Shown here: positions 1 to 10,420 of the stretch, piece by piece
Position numbering within the stretch: position 1 is the stretch's first letter
Layout of the letters: each line of letters starts with the position of its first letter
Source: Octopus vulgaris
Taxonomy: Eukaryota
Length of the DNA: 64,000 nt
NCBI GenBank assembly: GCA_951406725.2
Contig: OX597816.1
Coordinates: 120,962,001 to 121,026,000, forward strand
Reading direction: 5' to 3'
Notes under the pieces: generated by a model
What the model was told of the DNA's origin: nothing
What the model saw: only the letters and a program-made list of their open reading frames with translations
Databases searched by the model: none
Made by a program: the position numbers and the translations under genes

Positions 1-192
1 TTGGTTAAGTACATGTTTCTGTAATAAACAAAAAGGAAATGAGGAAAGCTAACAATGCAGTGAAGAAAGTTGAAAAGCCTTTATATATTTCAGGCACAAA
101 GCCTATCTTCAGAAGGATAAGTCAAAGAAATGTGTGTCAAACTAGATTCTGGTGTTTGGCAGGATCTATATAGACACAGATATCTTTGACTA

Positions 193-255
<63 letters not shown>

Positions 256-374
256 TAAATAATATCTTTGTAGCTAGATCGTAGGTGATCTCCTTCTAGC
301 ATATTGGATGTCCACTTAGTGGTCATTCCTATTATATGCACATATATATATATATATATATATATTATACAAAT

Positions 375-581
375 AAATGCGCCCTTTTAAAGCTTAGCCA
401 GGTTCATGGGCCCAGTTTCCCACTTTCAATGGCGTATGTGTTCCCCAGCTGGACTGGATGCCAGTTCATCGCAGCGTTACTCATCTTTGCCAGCAGAGTG
501 GACTGGAGCAACATGAAATGAAGTGTTTTGCTCAAGAACACGTGTCGCCTGGTCCAGAAATCGAAACCACAATCTTACGAT
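375..581 (-). mobile_element. tRNA-derived SINE, head A/CORE-like body with tail Z, 5'-truncated
   Basis: Minus strand reads gtttcgatttctggacc (B-box-like), then gtgttcttgagcaaaacacttcatttcatgttgctccagtccactc, shared with the copies at 6265 and 24279. The tail differs from both. Confidence 0.75.
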
Positions 582-809
582 ATGTGAGCTGAAAATGTTA
601 TTAACTCGAACTGATTTTTGGCATTAACATTTTTAGCATGTCATCAGGTCATTTACAAAGATATTATGTTACATTAATATCTCTAGCAGTTGCAGACCCT
701 AGCATGTAGCCATTTGATTTTTGTAGCAGGAATGATAATGAATTTTATGCTAAAATGAGCAGAATTACAGAAAAATTATTTTCTTCGAATATTCTTTTTG
801 AAATATTTA

Positions 810-1347
810 TAACATTGGAGACAATTGTTCTGCTCTCAGTTTTAGTTGTGAGAATTTTTCCCAGATCTTTGTGAACCTCTCAATGACAGCAGCTAAGGTG
901 GCAAGTACTTTTGCCAAATGTAAGCACTTCAACAGCCATAAGTGGATAACAGAGTTAAATACTTTCCTATAATCAAGCCATACTGTTGCAAGACTTCTAC
1001 AGTGTATTCTTACTTCAGACAGCACAGCTTTATTTATCAAAGTTGTTCGGCATGTCCCCACACCTTCTTCTTTTCACATACCTGCTCATCAGTCACTGAG
1101 GAATTGTTTGAGGCAGCTTGTGTAGTTTGTACATAATGTTTAGGCAAATAATGGGCCTATAGTTTTCTGCCAACTCAGTGGTTTCATTCTTGGCCACAAG
1201 ATTTGTCATGGCATGTCAATCTGACCTTCCATAGTTCTTTTAATAGCTTTCTATAAAAAGTCTGCCTGTTATATCAATATCTAAGTATTAAGTCTCTTCC
1301 AGGTGTTTTTTCATTATGCAGTTTGCTTGCAATCACTTTGAAAACAC
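810..1347 (-). mobile_element. R4/Dong-clade non-LTR retrotransposon, decayed RT N-terminal part
   Basis: Minus translation VFKVIASKLHNEKTPGRD...LINKAVLSEVRIHCRSLATVWLDYRKVFNSVIHLWLLKCL matches the K-PG-D and WLDY-KAFDSVPH-W motifs of R4 RT. Stops and frameshifts present. Confidence 0.85.
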
Positions 1348-1418
1348 AGAAGTTAAGCAAAGTCGAGCCTAGTTAGTACTTAGATGGGTAACCGCTTGGG
1401 AAACCTAAGTGCTGTAAA
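1345..1418 (+). pseudogene. 5S rRNA pseudogene fragment (3' ~75 nt)
   Basis: cacagaagttaagcaaagtcgagcctagttagtacttagatgggtaaccgcttgggaaacctaagtgctgta aligns to the 3' two-thirds of metazoan 5S rRNA (box A to box C). The 5' ~45 nt are missing. Confidence 0.88.
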
Positions 1419-1432
1419 TGTCTTTCTATAAA

Positions 1433-1661
1433 GGTGGCAAGCTGGCAGAAATGTTAGCATGCTGGGCGTAATGCTTAGCGGTACTTCGTCTGCCGTTACG
1501 TTCTGAGTTCAAATTCCGCCGAGGTTGACTTTGTCTTTCATCCTTTCAGAGTCAATAAATTAAGTACCAGTTACGCACTGGGGTCGATGTAATCAACTTA
1601 ATCCCTTTGTGTGTCCTTGTTTGTTCCCTCTATGTTTAGCCCCTTGTGGGCAATTAAGAAA
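1433..1661 (+). mobile_element. tRNA-derived SINE, family M (cctttcatcctttcggggtcgat core), full length
   Basis: ggtggcaagctggcagaa head, gagttcaaattcc B-box, shared core and tail agccccttgtgggc. Many copies in the window. The core resembles the Meta/Nin-type SINE domain (from memory). Confidence 0.9.
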
Positions 1662-1806
1662 TGAGTTATTGTGGAAGTTTTTGGATACCTATCTTTATAT
1701 CCTGTTCAACCTGGACATACCACTAATGAAAACAGTACTACAGCACCAATAAACTATTCATGATGAAGTAAGTACTTTTCTCATTTTATTTATACTGTAC
1801 ATTTAA

Positions 1807-2025
1807 CCCTTTAGTGTTCACAATACTCTGTTAAATGTAATACTTTTTCACTCAAATTGTTTTGAATTAATCATGCATTATCTTATAGCTTTGAGGTTTC
1901 AATGATGTGATTGTTTATTTTCAGAATGGCATTGTAGGTTAGGAGTGAGAGGCTAGATATCACCAGTTTGAATATAAAACATAGAATATATTGGGCCGGA
2001 TTTGGCCGGTTTAAACACTAAAGGG
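1807..2025. mobile_element. piggyBac-like MITE
   Basis: TTAA|ccctttagtgtt ... aacactaaaggg|TTAA: terminal inverted repeats with TTAA duplication. Absent from the paralogous sequence at 3059-3203. Second copy at 8015. Confidence 0.88.
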
Positions 2026-2094
2026 TTAAATCAAGATCTACTTCAGTGCTATAAAAAAAAACCATGATGACACTTCTATCGGATATATGAAGTA

Positions 2095-3082
2095 GTTAAA
2101 AAATACTAGGAGAAGCTCACCCCAACTTAAACACCTTTAAACACCCCAACTTAAACAAGCAACAAAAATCTTTCTTTGCAAAAAAAATGGCTTGCTTTTG
2201 TTATGCTAATTAATCTTCTCATTGAGAACTGGCCAAAGTTTGCCAGAAGAGAGACTTAAAATAGTGTAAAGAAACCACTCAGCCATCACTAAATCCTTGT
2301 GTATCTTCAAATGTAGCTGTCTCAAGAGGGGCATATATTCCAACAGTTGTCCCTCAAGAGAAACAACTGTTAGAATATATTTAACTTAGAAACATCTTGA
2401 GACCACAGTTCATAGAAAACTTTCCCACTTTTATGAAACTGTCATTGAACTACAGATCATTCTCAACAGGATTAAGGGAAAATCCAACAGCTGCAATGTT
2501 GAAAGTTATCAACAACATCACTGGAAAGTACATGGAATCATGTGATGTAAATTACCAGAATATTAATCCCTTCATATATACAGCTGCAATCACTCTTAAA
2601 TAACATCAAGGAGATATCCGCAGTATATATGGTGATGAAGTTACTAAGCAGAAGCAACCCAGATGGAAACAAAACTTGAAGAAAACATCAACAATCTGCA
2701 TTGCCATATTGGATGGTTAAATATAATAAAATGTAAGGGGTATAATGAGCTCACATTTCACCAATTACATCTTATGCATAAATTAGTAAAACTCTACAGT
2801 GACTCTTCACACCAAGCACTTGAGGGAAAGGTAATAACTCTAGAGCATGAATTTAAAGCAATGAAGGAAAAATTCTGCTATCACAGGCATTATACAGAGA
2901 AAAGAGGAATGAAACATTACTGTTAAGAAAGCTCCCTTTCGAGAAGATCTTGAATCATTCTGCTCTAAAATCTGTGATGCAAAGTGGAATTTCAACCTTA
3001 ATGCTCGAGGGGTAAATACAGTTAGGAGAGAATACTGTACAAACATAGTCAATGAAACACTTCATATATCCAATAGAAGTGT
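2095..3082 (+). mobile_element. R4/Dong-clade LINE, decayed pre-RT coding region
   Basis: Fragments INPFIYTAAITLK, KQPRW/ETKLEENINNLHCHIGWL and NARGVNTVRREYCTNIV resemble the region upstream of RT in R4 elements. Joins in frame to the 810-1347 piece. Confidence 0.7.
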
Positions 3083-3433
3083 CATCATGGGTTTTTTTGA
3101 AGTAGATTTTAGTTTAAATGTAGAGTGCAAATAAAATGAGATGAGTACTTACTTCATCATGAATAGCTTATTGATGCTGTAGTGCTGTTTTCATCAGTTG
3201 TATTGTTATTAGGTTTTAGCAGAATTCTGTGAGGTATAAAGTATTTTTTTTTAAAATCCAGTCAAAAAATACTCTGTTGGTAAGTAAAAATGTAAAAAGT
3301 GTTTCTTTTATTTTATAACAGAAGAAATAAGCTAGTTACTGATTTAGGCTGGAGGATTTGGCATAATTGTAGAAAACATTCAAAAAGGAATTTCAAATAG
3401 CTGCACGTCTAATGTTGATGGCACCATGTGGTG

Positions 3434-3503
<70 letters not shown>

Positions 3504-3600
3504 CATATATATATACATATAATAACAAAATAATAAATAAAACATGCATATATACATATATGTACATACCTACATCTATATGTATATATACATGCATATA

Positions 3601-3770
3601 TAGGTACAGGACACCAAAAAAACGTCGAACACAATGAGAAGCGAAAACATAACAAGACCATGGAAACAGACTTTTTTCAAACAACGAAAAAAAAGAGTAC
3701 AAGACATACAACACAAGGAATATTCCCCTTCTTCAGCTGCCCCTGCTTCGTTTACGCCGTGTTTTGATAT
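3601..3770. repeat. (TA)n-embedded interspersed repeat fragment, class uncertain
   Basis: A-rich, CpG-bearing block between (TA)n tracts. Similar in style to 49760-50070. Confidence 0.35.
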
Positions 3771-4602
3771 ATATAATGTTATGTATATATATTGCCCGTT
3801 TCTGCCAGAATGGTTATCATGAAATGATTCCATTAAACTTAAAATAATAATCTATTATGTTACCATTGTGACAACCTTTTATCTCATAATCAACTGACTT
3901 CTTTTTTTCTTTCAGTAATTTTCACCACCGAAAGTTGACCGATAATTGTTTTGCAGTGAATACCATCCCTTTGAAAACAATTAACTTCTTCAACTTTGAA
4001 ATTTGAAGTTATCAGAAATCTTTGGAATCAACTAAAATCAGTTTTTTTTTTCTCATAAATATTTTTAATCGAGTAATGAATAACCAAATTACCAGTGAAG
4101 TTTTATAATTCAGTCTCTGCGATCAATAACCAAATTGTTTTACATAAACTAGCTTTAAAACTATACATGTTATTTGTGTTTAATTGAAATTGGTATTGTC
4201 ATTGCTAATGTTGTTATTCATTAGTCTAAGCCAGCCTGTGATTGATTGAAAAATGTTTTGGCATATCTATGACTACATTATCTAATGTGTGCTTCCCATT
4301 TTCTAGATAGCAGGGAGTGATTTTTAGTGAGACTTGGCTACCATTTCTGAAACATCAAATGACCATATAGAGGCTCTTTGTAGAGAAGTAAAGACATAAT
4401 AGATGAGTGCAATGGTGTATGTAATAGGCATAAATATTCTGGGTGTTTTCTCCAAATAACACAAAGTGTATATCATATTTGTTTTTATTTCCAATCTAGT
4501 TGGTTCTGACACAAACTGTTACTAGCCTGCCTGGTGGTAAAGGACCTCTATGTAGGTTATAACTATCATATAAATACCCATACACCTTTATATACATTCA
4601 TT

Positions 4603-4643
<41 letters not shown>

Positions 4644-4653
4644 ACACCTGATT

Positions 4654-4880
4654 CATCATCATCATCTTCATCATTTAATGTTCACTTTTCTATGCTTGCA
4701 TGGGTCAGACGAAATTTTTTGAGTCAGATCTTATATAACTGGATGCCCTTCACCTGCTTCCTAGCAAGGTAATATTTCCCCATACCTAGACATGTTCTTT
4801 ACTGAAGAACAGAAATGTGCAACCTCACTTACATGACTTTGATGATGCTCATTTAAAACCATCAAGGATGTAGAGACAAG
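4654..4880 (-). mobile_element. RTE-tailed SINE-like fragment
   Basis: Minus strand ends acccatgcaagcatagaaaagtgaacattaaatgatga(gat)n, the same tail type as the RTE at 4925-5590. Confidence 0.6.
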
Positions 4881-4924
4881 GGTACATACAAATGCACATG
4901 CATGCAGACATACATACATATATA

Positions 4925-5590
4925 TGGTATGGTCACATGTTACGTATGGATGAGGACAGCTGTGTGAAGAAGTGTCACACCCTAACAGTGGAGAGAACCT
5001 GTGGAAGAGGTAAACCCAGGAAGTCATGGGATGAGGTGGTGAGGCACCAACTTTGAACGTTGGGCCTCACAGAGGCAATGACAGGCGACTGAGACCTTTG
5101 GAGATATGCTGTGCTTGAGAAGACCTGGCAAGCCAAGTGAGATTGTAGCTGTGGCTGGTGCCAGTATTGCATAACTGACCCATTTAAAAGTATCCCTTCA
5201 ATTGTCCGCAATTTGCTGTACTTGAGAAAACCTGTTGAGCCAAGTGGAATCGTAGTTGTGGCTGATGCCAGTGGTACCTAGCTAACACCCATGCTGGTGA
5301 CACGTAAAAAGCACCATTCGAGTGTGGCTGATGCCAGTGCCGCCTGACTGGCACCCATGCCGGTGACACATAAAAAGCACCATTTGAGAGTGGTCAATAC
5401 CAGTGTTGCTTGACTGGTGGCACATAAAATGCACCTACTACACTCTTGAAGTGGGTGATGTTAGGAAGGACATCCAGCTGTAGAAACCTCGCCAGGTCAG
5501 ATTGGAGCCTGGTGCATCCACCTGGCTTGTTAGTCCTCAGTCAAGCTATCCAACCCATACCAGCATGTAAAGTGGATGTTAAACAATGAT
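4925..5590 (+). mobile_element. RTE-clade LINE 3' end with repeat-containing 3' UTR
   Basis: WYGHMLRMDEDSCVKKCHTLTVERTCGRGKPRKSWDEVV...DLWRYAV is the RTE C-terminus (WxGH...RGRPRKxW). The UTR has tandem ggtgacacgtaaaaagcacc units and ends ggatgttaaacaatgat. Confidence 0.88.
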
Positions 5591-5652
5591 TATATATATA
5601 TATATTCATGAGAAATTATGATAAACAAATTTACAGCATTTATTCCCTACAT

Positions 5653-5805
5653 ACAGGTGTGGCTGTGTGGTAAGTAGCTTGCTTACCAACCTCATGGTTC
5701 CAAGTTCAGTCCCACTGTGTGGCGCCTTGGGCAAGTGTCTTCTACTATAGCCTTGGGCCTAGCAAAGCCGTGTGAGTGAATTTGGAAACTGAAAGAAGCC
5801 CGTCA
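5653..5805 (+). mobile_element. SINE family B (CORE-like), 5' half
   Basis: gtggctgtgtggtaagtagcttgc...ccttgggcaagtgtcttctactatagcc matches the full copy at 57305. Confidence 0.88.
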
Positions 5806-6264
5806 TATATATATATATATATATAAAAAGGGGAGTAGCAAAGTAAAAGAGAAAGAAAAGATGATTAAAAGAGAGAGAAGAAGGAGAGACAATGAAAAAA
5901 GGAGTATTTTGTAATGTGTAACATAAAGTGTTCCCTTGATGATCCATAGTGATTAAGCATCCAAATTTATTTGAAACATCTAACGCCGTGGTTCCACACA
6001 ACCACATTGGTAAAGCATATGTAAGAAGCCTATGATGCAAACTTGTGTTTATCATAATTTCTCTTATATTTATTCTGTATATCATAACCAGTGATATTAC
6101 TGAATACAGAAGTAACTAAACCCCTATACTGGGAGCAAATTGGATGAAGATAATCTGCATGGAGCTCTCAAGTTAACAATAGCAGCCATACATCTAGCTG
6201 TAAAAGGGTAAAGTCCCCCTTTTGGTCAAGAATGACCATGGAATTGCACCTAGAAAGTTCCCCT

Positions 6265-6590
6265 ATGGCTCAGTGGTTAAAGTGTCAGGCTTACAATCAT
6301 GAAGTAGTGAGTTCAATTCCTGGACTGGGCTGTGTGGTGTGTTCTTGAGCAAGACACTTTAGTTCATGTTGTTCCAGTTCACTCAGCTATACAAATGAGT
6401 TGTGACATCACTGGTGCCAAGCTATAGTGGCCTTTGCCTCTCCCTTGGATAACATTGTCGGTGTGGAGAGGGGAGGCTAGTATGCATGGGTGACTGCTGG
6501 TCTTCCATAAAATCAAACTTACCCAGACTTGCACCTTAGAGGGGAACTTTTTAGGTGTAATCCCATGGTTATTCATGACCAAAGGGGGTC
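6265..6590 (+). mobile_element. tRNA-derived SINE, head A with tail Y
   Basis: tggctcagtggtta A-box, gagttcaattcc B-box, CORE-like body. Tail ends catgaccaaagggggtc, also seen at 25364-25560. Confidence 0.85.
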
Positions 6591-7659
6591 CTTATCTATC
6601 TGTACGCACAAGATATGTATAATGGAAAGTTGGTGAATCCTTCAACAAACCACAAAAGTTTGTAAGACCAGAGCTTGCTATGTTTTCTACGGCAGGAAGC
6701 TGATCAAACAAATACTTCCAAAGAAAGGATTTGTGGTAACTTTTCCTTTAATAATTGTTAACTGTTCTAGTGTTAAATAGACTGCTACTGTTAAGGAGAA
6801 GGGTAAAACCAGAATTTGAGAAAACTATAATCCTCATCCGCAAAAAGAAGAAAAAAAAACAATTAATAAATTTCTAAAATGATATAAGTTTGTATGTCAT
6901 TTGAAGAAGTGCTCTGACTAAAATTTCAAAAAATCCCTTCTTGCATCTGCACATGAGATTTTATTTTACGACTGATGCAACTAGAGTTAAGTATCTCATT
7001 TTATAGATACAATGAAATGTTTTCAGTGTCTATTAAACTTGTCATTTTTTTTTGCACTAAATAGCCCTGTGCTTTATCCACTTGGCTAGTTTACTTTTGT
7101 GGTTGAGTGATATACGAGTATTTGTGAGTGTATGTGTATGTGATGTGTTGAGTACATGCACACGTGGCTTGTGTATTTTGAGAAACTGTTAACACCAAAT
7201 ACAAACGATGCAATTTACTGGAAAGTAGCTACTTTGGATTTGTTGCATTAAGTGAGTACTACTTCGAAATCTGAGAGGCAGATTGTGCCAATGTCCTTAA
7301 GGTCACTTCCTGAAAACATCTTAAGGTCAAGTGTTAAATGTATAGCTAATAATGGCTAATGTTTAAGTGTTTACTAGTGACTCTGCTATAATTTCAGTTT
7401 GCTAGCTTTCCTATACTATTGTCTGATACCAACGTTGTGGTTACTTATATTCTGATATTATTTTACTCTACTGGAGTTGAATAGGCATGAGTTTAGCACA
7501 GCATGTCAGGCTGTGTTTTGCTTATGGAGGACGATTTCTACTTATCCTTGTTTTGGTTGTCAATTCTTAGTAACTTGCTCCATCAATTGGAGATGGTAAT
7601 AAGCCAAAGAGGAAGCTTCTACATGGTAACTGAAGCTATTAGAAATTGAAAGCAAAGTT

Positions 7660-7892
7660 AAGGTGGCGAGCTGGCAGAAACATTAGCATGCCGGGTGAAA
7701 TGCTTAGCGGTATTTCATCTGCCGCTATGTTCTGAGTTCAAATTCCACCAAGGTCGACTTTGCCTTTCATGCTTTCAGGGTCGATTAAATAAGTGCCAGT
7801 TACACACTAGGGTCAATATAATTGACTTAATCCATTTGTCTGTCCTTATTTGCCCCCTCTATGTGTAGCCCCTTGTGGGCAGTAAAGAAATA
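7660..7892 (+). mobile_element. SINE family M, full length with TSD
   Basis: Matches the 36760 copy. Direct repeat agaaattgaaagcaaa at 7641-7656 and 7893-7908. Confidence 0.92.
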
Positions 7893-8014
7893 AGAAATTG
7901 AAAGCAAATCTCCCTCAAATTGTACTCAACTATCTCAAAGAGAAAAGGTCACATTAAATAATGTGATCCTAGAGATATACTACTTGAAAGGAAGAAGGGA
8001 TGGTCATGGTTTAA

Positions 8015-8234
8015 CCCTTTAGTATATAAACCAGCCACATTCGACCCAACTATTGTACCTGTTTTATGTTCAGACTGACTGGATCTGACCTCTTACACTG
8101 ATCATACAATGCCATTCTAAAAATAAACAATCACGTCCTTGAAATCTTGTAGTAACAAGGTAATACAAGATTAATTCAAAACAATGTGAATGAATAAGGA
8201 TTACATTTGATAAAGTAATCTGAATGCTAAAGGG
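8015..8234. mobile_element. piggyBac-like MITE, opposite orientation to 1807-2025
   Basis: TTAA|ccctttagtat ... atgctaaaggg|TTAA. The interior is the reverse complement of the 1807 copy. Confidence 0.85.
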
Positions 8235-8901
8235 TTAAATGCATTTTATCATAGTTCAGAACTGATCTGGTGCTGAACAACAACAGACACTGAGCTGACA
8301 AAACTCAACTAGCTTACACATTGACCTGTTATTATTATTTTTTTTTACTGATGTATATCACTACTTTTGACTTAAATTACTCCTCAACTCAAAAGTGTAT
8401 AAGTTCATATCCTGTGAGAACTGACATCAATCCTTCTCTTTAGAGAGAAATTGTTGATACTTATAGAATCACTGAGCAATTAGATTTGAAGAAGGACCTT
8501 ACCTATATTTATATCTCCCTATGGAATACAATTTTATCTAAATTTGTATACTTTCCTAAATGATTTCTGCTAATGCAGACTTCTCTCAGTTTCCTCAGAT
8601 CTTACTAATAGAACTTTGTTTGTTGTATTATTCCTTAATTCTTGAGTTATGTATTGCTAATTGATATAGTATTCTTTTTACTTCTAATACAACTTTTTAC
8701 TATTTTAATATGTATTTTAATATGTAAGCAACTAACAAATTGGATCTTCAATTTTGTCATTATGTGTGTGTGTAATATTTCTTATTAATTATAGTGACTG
8801 CTTACTTCAAACTTTTGCCAATACTGATTTCTTAGAACTGTTCCATAAAGCAAGAATTGGCAAAAATTCAAAGTTAGCAGTTGCTCTTCTTAATATTTAC
8901 T

Positions 8902-9059
8902 GACATAAGCATGGCTGGTGGTTAAGAAGCTCACTTTGCAACCATGTAGTTTTAGGTTCAGTACCACTTTGCAGCAACTTGGGCAAGTGCCATCTATAAA
9001 TAACGAATGCCTTGTTAGTGAATTTGGGAGACAGAAACTGTATGGAAGCCCATTGTATG

Positions 9060-9110
<51 letters not shown>

Positions 9111-9312
9111 CTGTGTGTGTGTGTGTGTGTGTGTGTGTGCATGCGCCCATCCAACTGAACAACCAGTGTTGGTTTGTGTATGGTCTTGTAACTTAGCAGT
9201 TTAGCAAAAGAAACTGAGAAATTAAGTACCAAACATTAAAAATAAGTACTAGAGTTGGTTGGTTTGACTACACCCTTCAAGGTGGTTTCCAGTGATTGAA
9301 ATAAGTAAAAAT
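8902..9312 (+). mobile_element. SINE family B, diverged, with internal (TA)n(TG)n
   Basis: Colinear with 57305-57703. Confidence 0.85.
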
Positions 9313-9808
9313 AAAAAGAAAGAATAATAAAAATTATCTTGACTCTATGTTCACAAAAGCAACATATCTCTCAAGTCATCATTGTTTGATAGTACTGTTA
9401 TAGACTCCCCTGACATGGTCTAACAAGGCTGAAACATAACCAGAGTTTTCTCCATACTGCCAAGATTAGATGCACTAATAATTTTAATTAAAATTTTGGT
9501 ATTGCCTACTTTGCTTTGCTTACCAGAATTGATCATATTATCTAATGAGTCTTTCTCTTCATTTGCCACAGCTGTAATTTTAATTAATTAGAATTTCTTG
9601 GCTTTCTATGTTAAGTATGTATGTTAGTATCACCCTTACCTTTAGAAAGTTTTCCCATTATATACAAGAATCATGTCTAGTTACAGCTCTCCCTTGTTAT
9701 TAATGGGAGCTTATAGTAATTTTTAAGTGTTACAATTCTGATTCTAAATCATGAAAGAGATGCTTACACTGCAACAGATTCTGAAACTGGATTGAGTTTC
9801 TGAGTAAG

Positions 9809-10182
9809 TTACTCTTTTACTTGTTTCAGTCATTTGACTGCAGCCATGCTGGAGCACCGCTTTTAGTCAAGCAAATCAACCCCAGGACTTATTCTTTGGA
9901 AGCCTAGTACTTATTCTATCGGTCACTTTTGCCGAACCACTAAGTTACGGGGATGTAAACACACCAGCATCGGTTGTTAAGCAATGCTGGGGAGACAAAC
10001 ACAGACACACAAACACACGCACATATATACGATGGGCTTCTTTCAGTTTCCATCTACCAAATCCACTCACAAGGCTTTGGTCGGCCCGAGGCTATAGTAG
10101 AAGACACTTTCCAAGGTTTCTCACAGTGGGACTAAACCCAGAACCATGTGGTTGGTAAGCAAGCTACTTACCACACAGCTGC
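9809..10182 (-). mobile_element. SINE family B
   Basis: Reverse complement of 57305-57703. Confidence 0.92.
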
Positions 10183-10211
10183 TAAATAGTTGACATTAAT
10201 TTACCTAATTG

Positions 10212-10420
10212 GGGCAGTAGAACAGCAGAATCATGAGAGCATTGCTAAAATGATTTGCAGCTTTTCTTCTGGCCTTTTACAGTCTGAGTTCAACTCCCTC
10301 TAAGGTCAACTTGGCCTTCCTTTTTTTTGAGTCGATAAAACAAAGTACTGTTCAAGCACTAGGTTTGACATAATTGACTAAATCCCTCCCTCAAAATTGA
10401 ACGCCATGTGTTAAAATTAT
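10212..10420 (+). mobile_element. SINE family M, old diverged copy
   Basis: ctgagttcaactccctctaaggtcaacttggccttcc...gagtcgataaaacaaagtac. Confidence 0.65.

Larger units (their letters stand above)
1717..3203. repeat. Inverted duplication, ~145 bp arms (1717-2093 excluding the MITE; 3059-3203)
   Basis: Reverse complement of 3059-3203 (caactgatgaaaacagcactacagcatcaataagctattcatgatgaagtaagtac...catgatgacacttctattggatatatgaagt) matches 1717-2093. Confidence 0.9.

Noticed and set aside
1247-1432. ctttctataaa direct repeat as a TSD for the 5S insert
   Set aside because: The first copy lies within continuous R4 coding sequence, so the match is probably chance.
5140-5440. Repeat-spacer-like array
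   Set aside because: Tandem units of the RTE 3' UTR with no unique spacers, in a eukaryotic context; not CRISPR.
6696-6735. Possible 40-nt micro-exon (similar candidate at 11844-11888)
   Set aside because: Splice-like dinucleotides only; the peptides are unrecognisable and I could not chain them.
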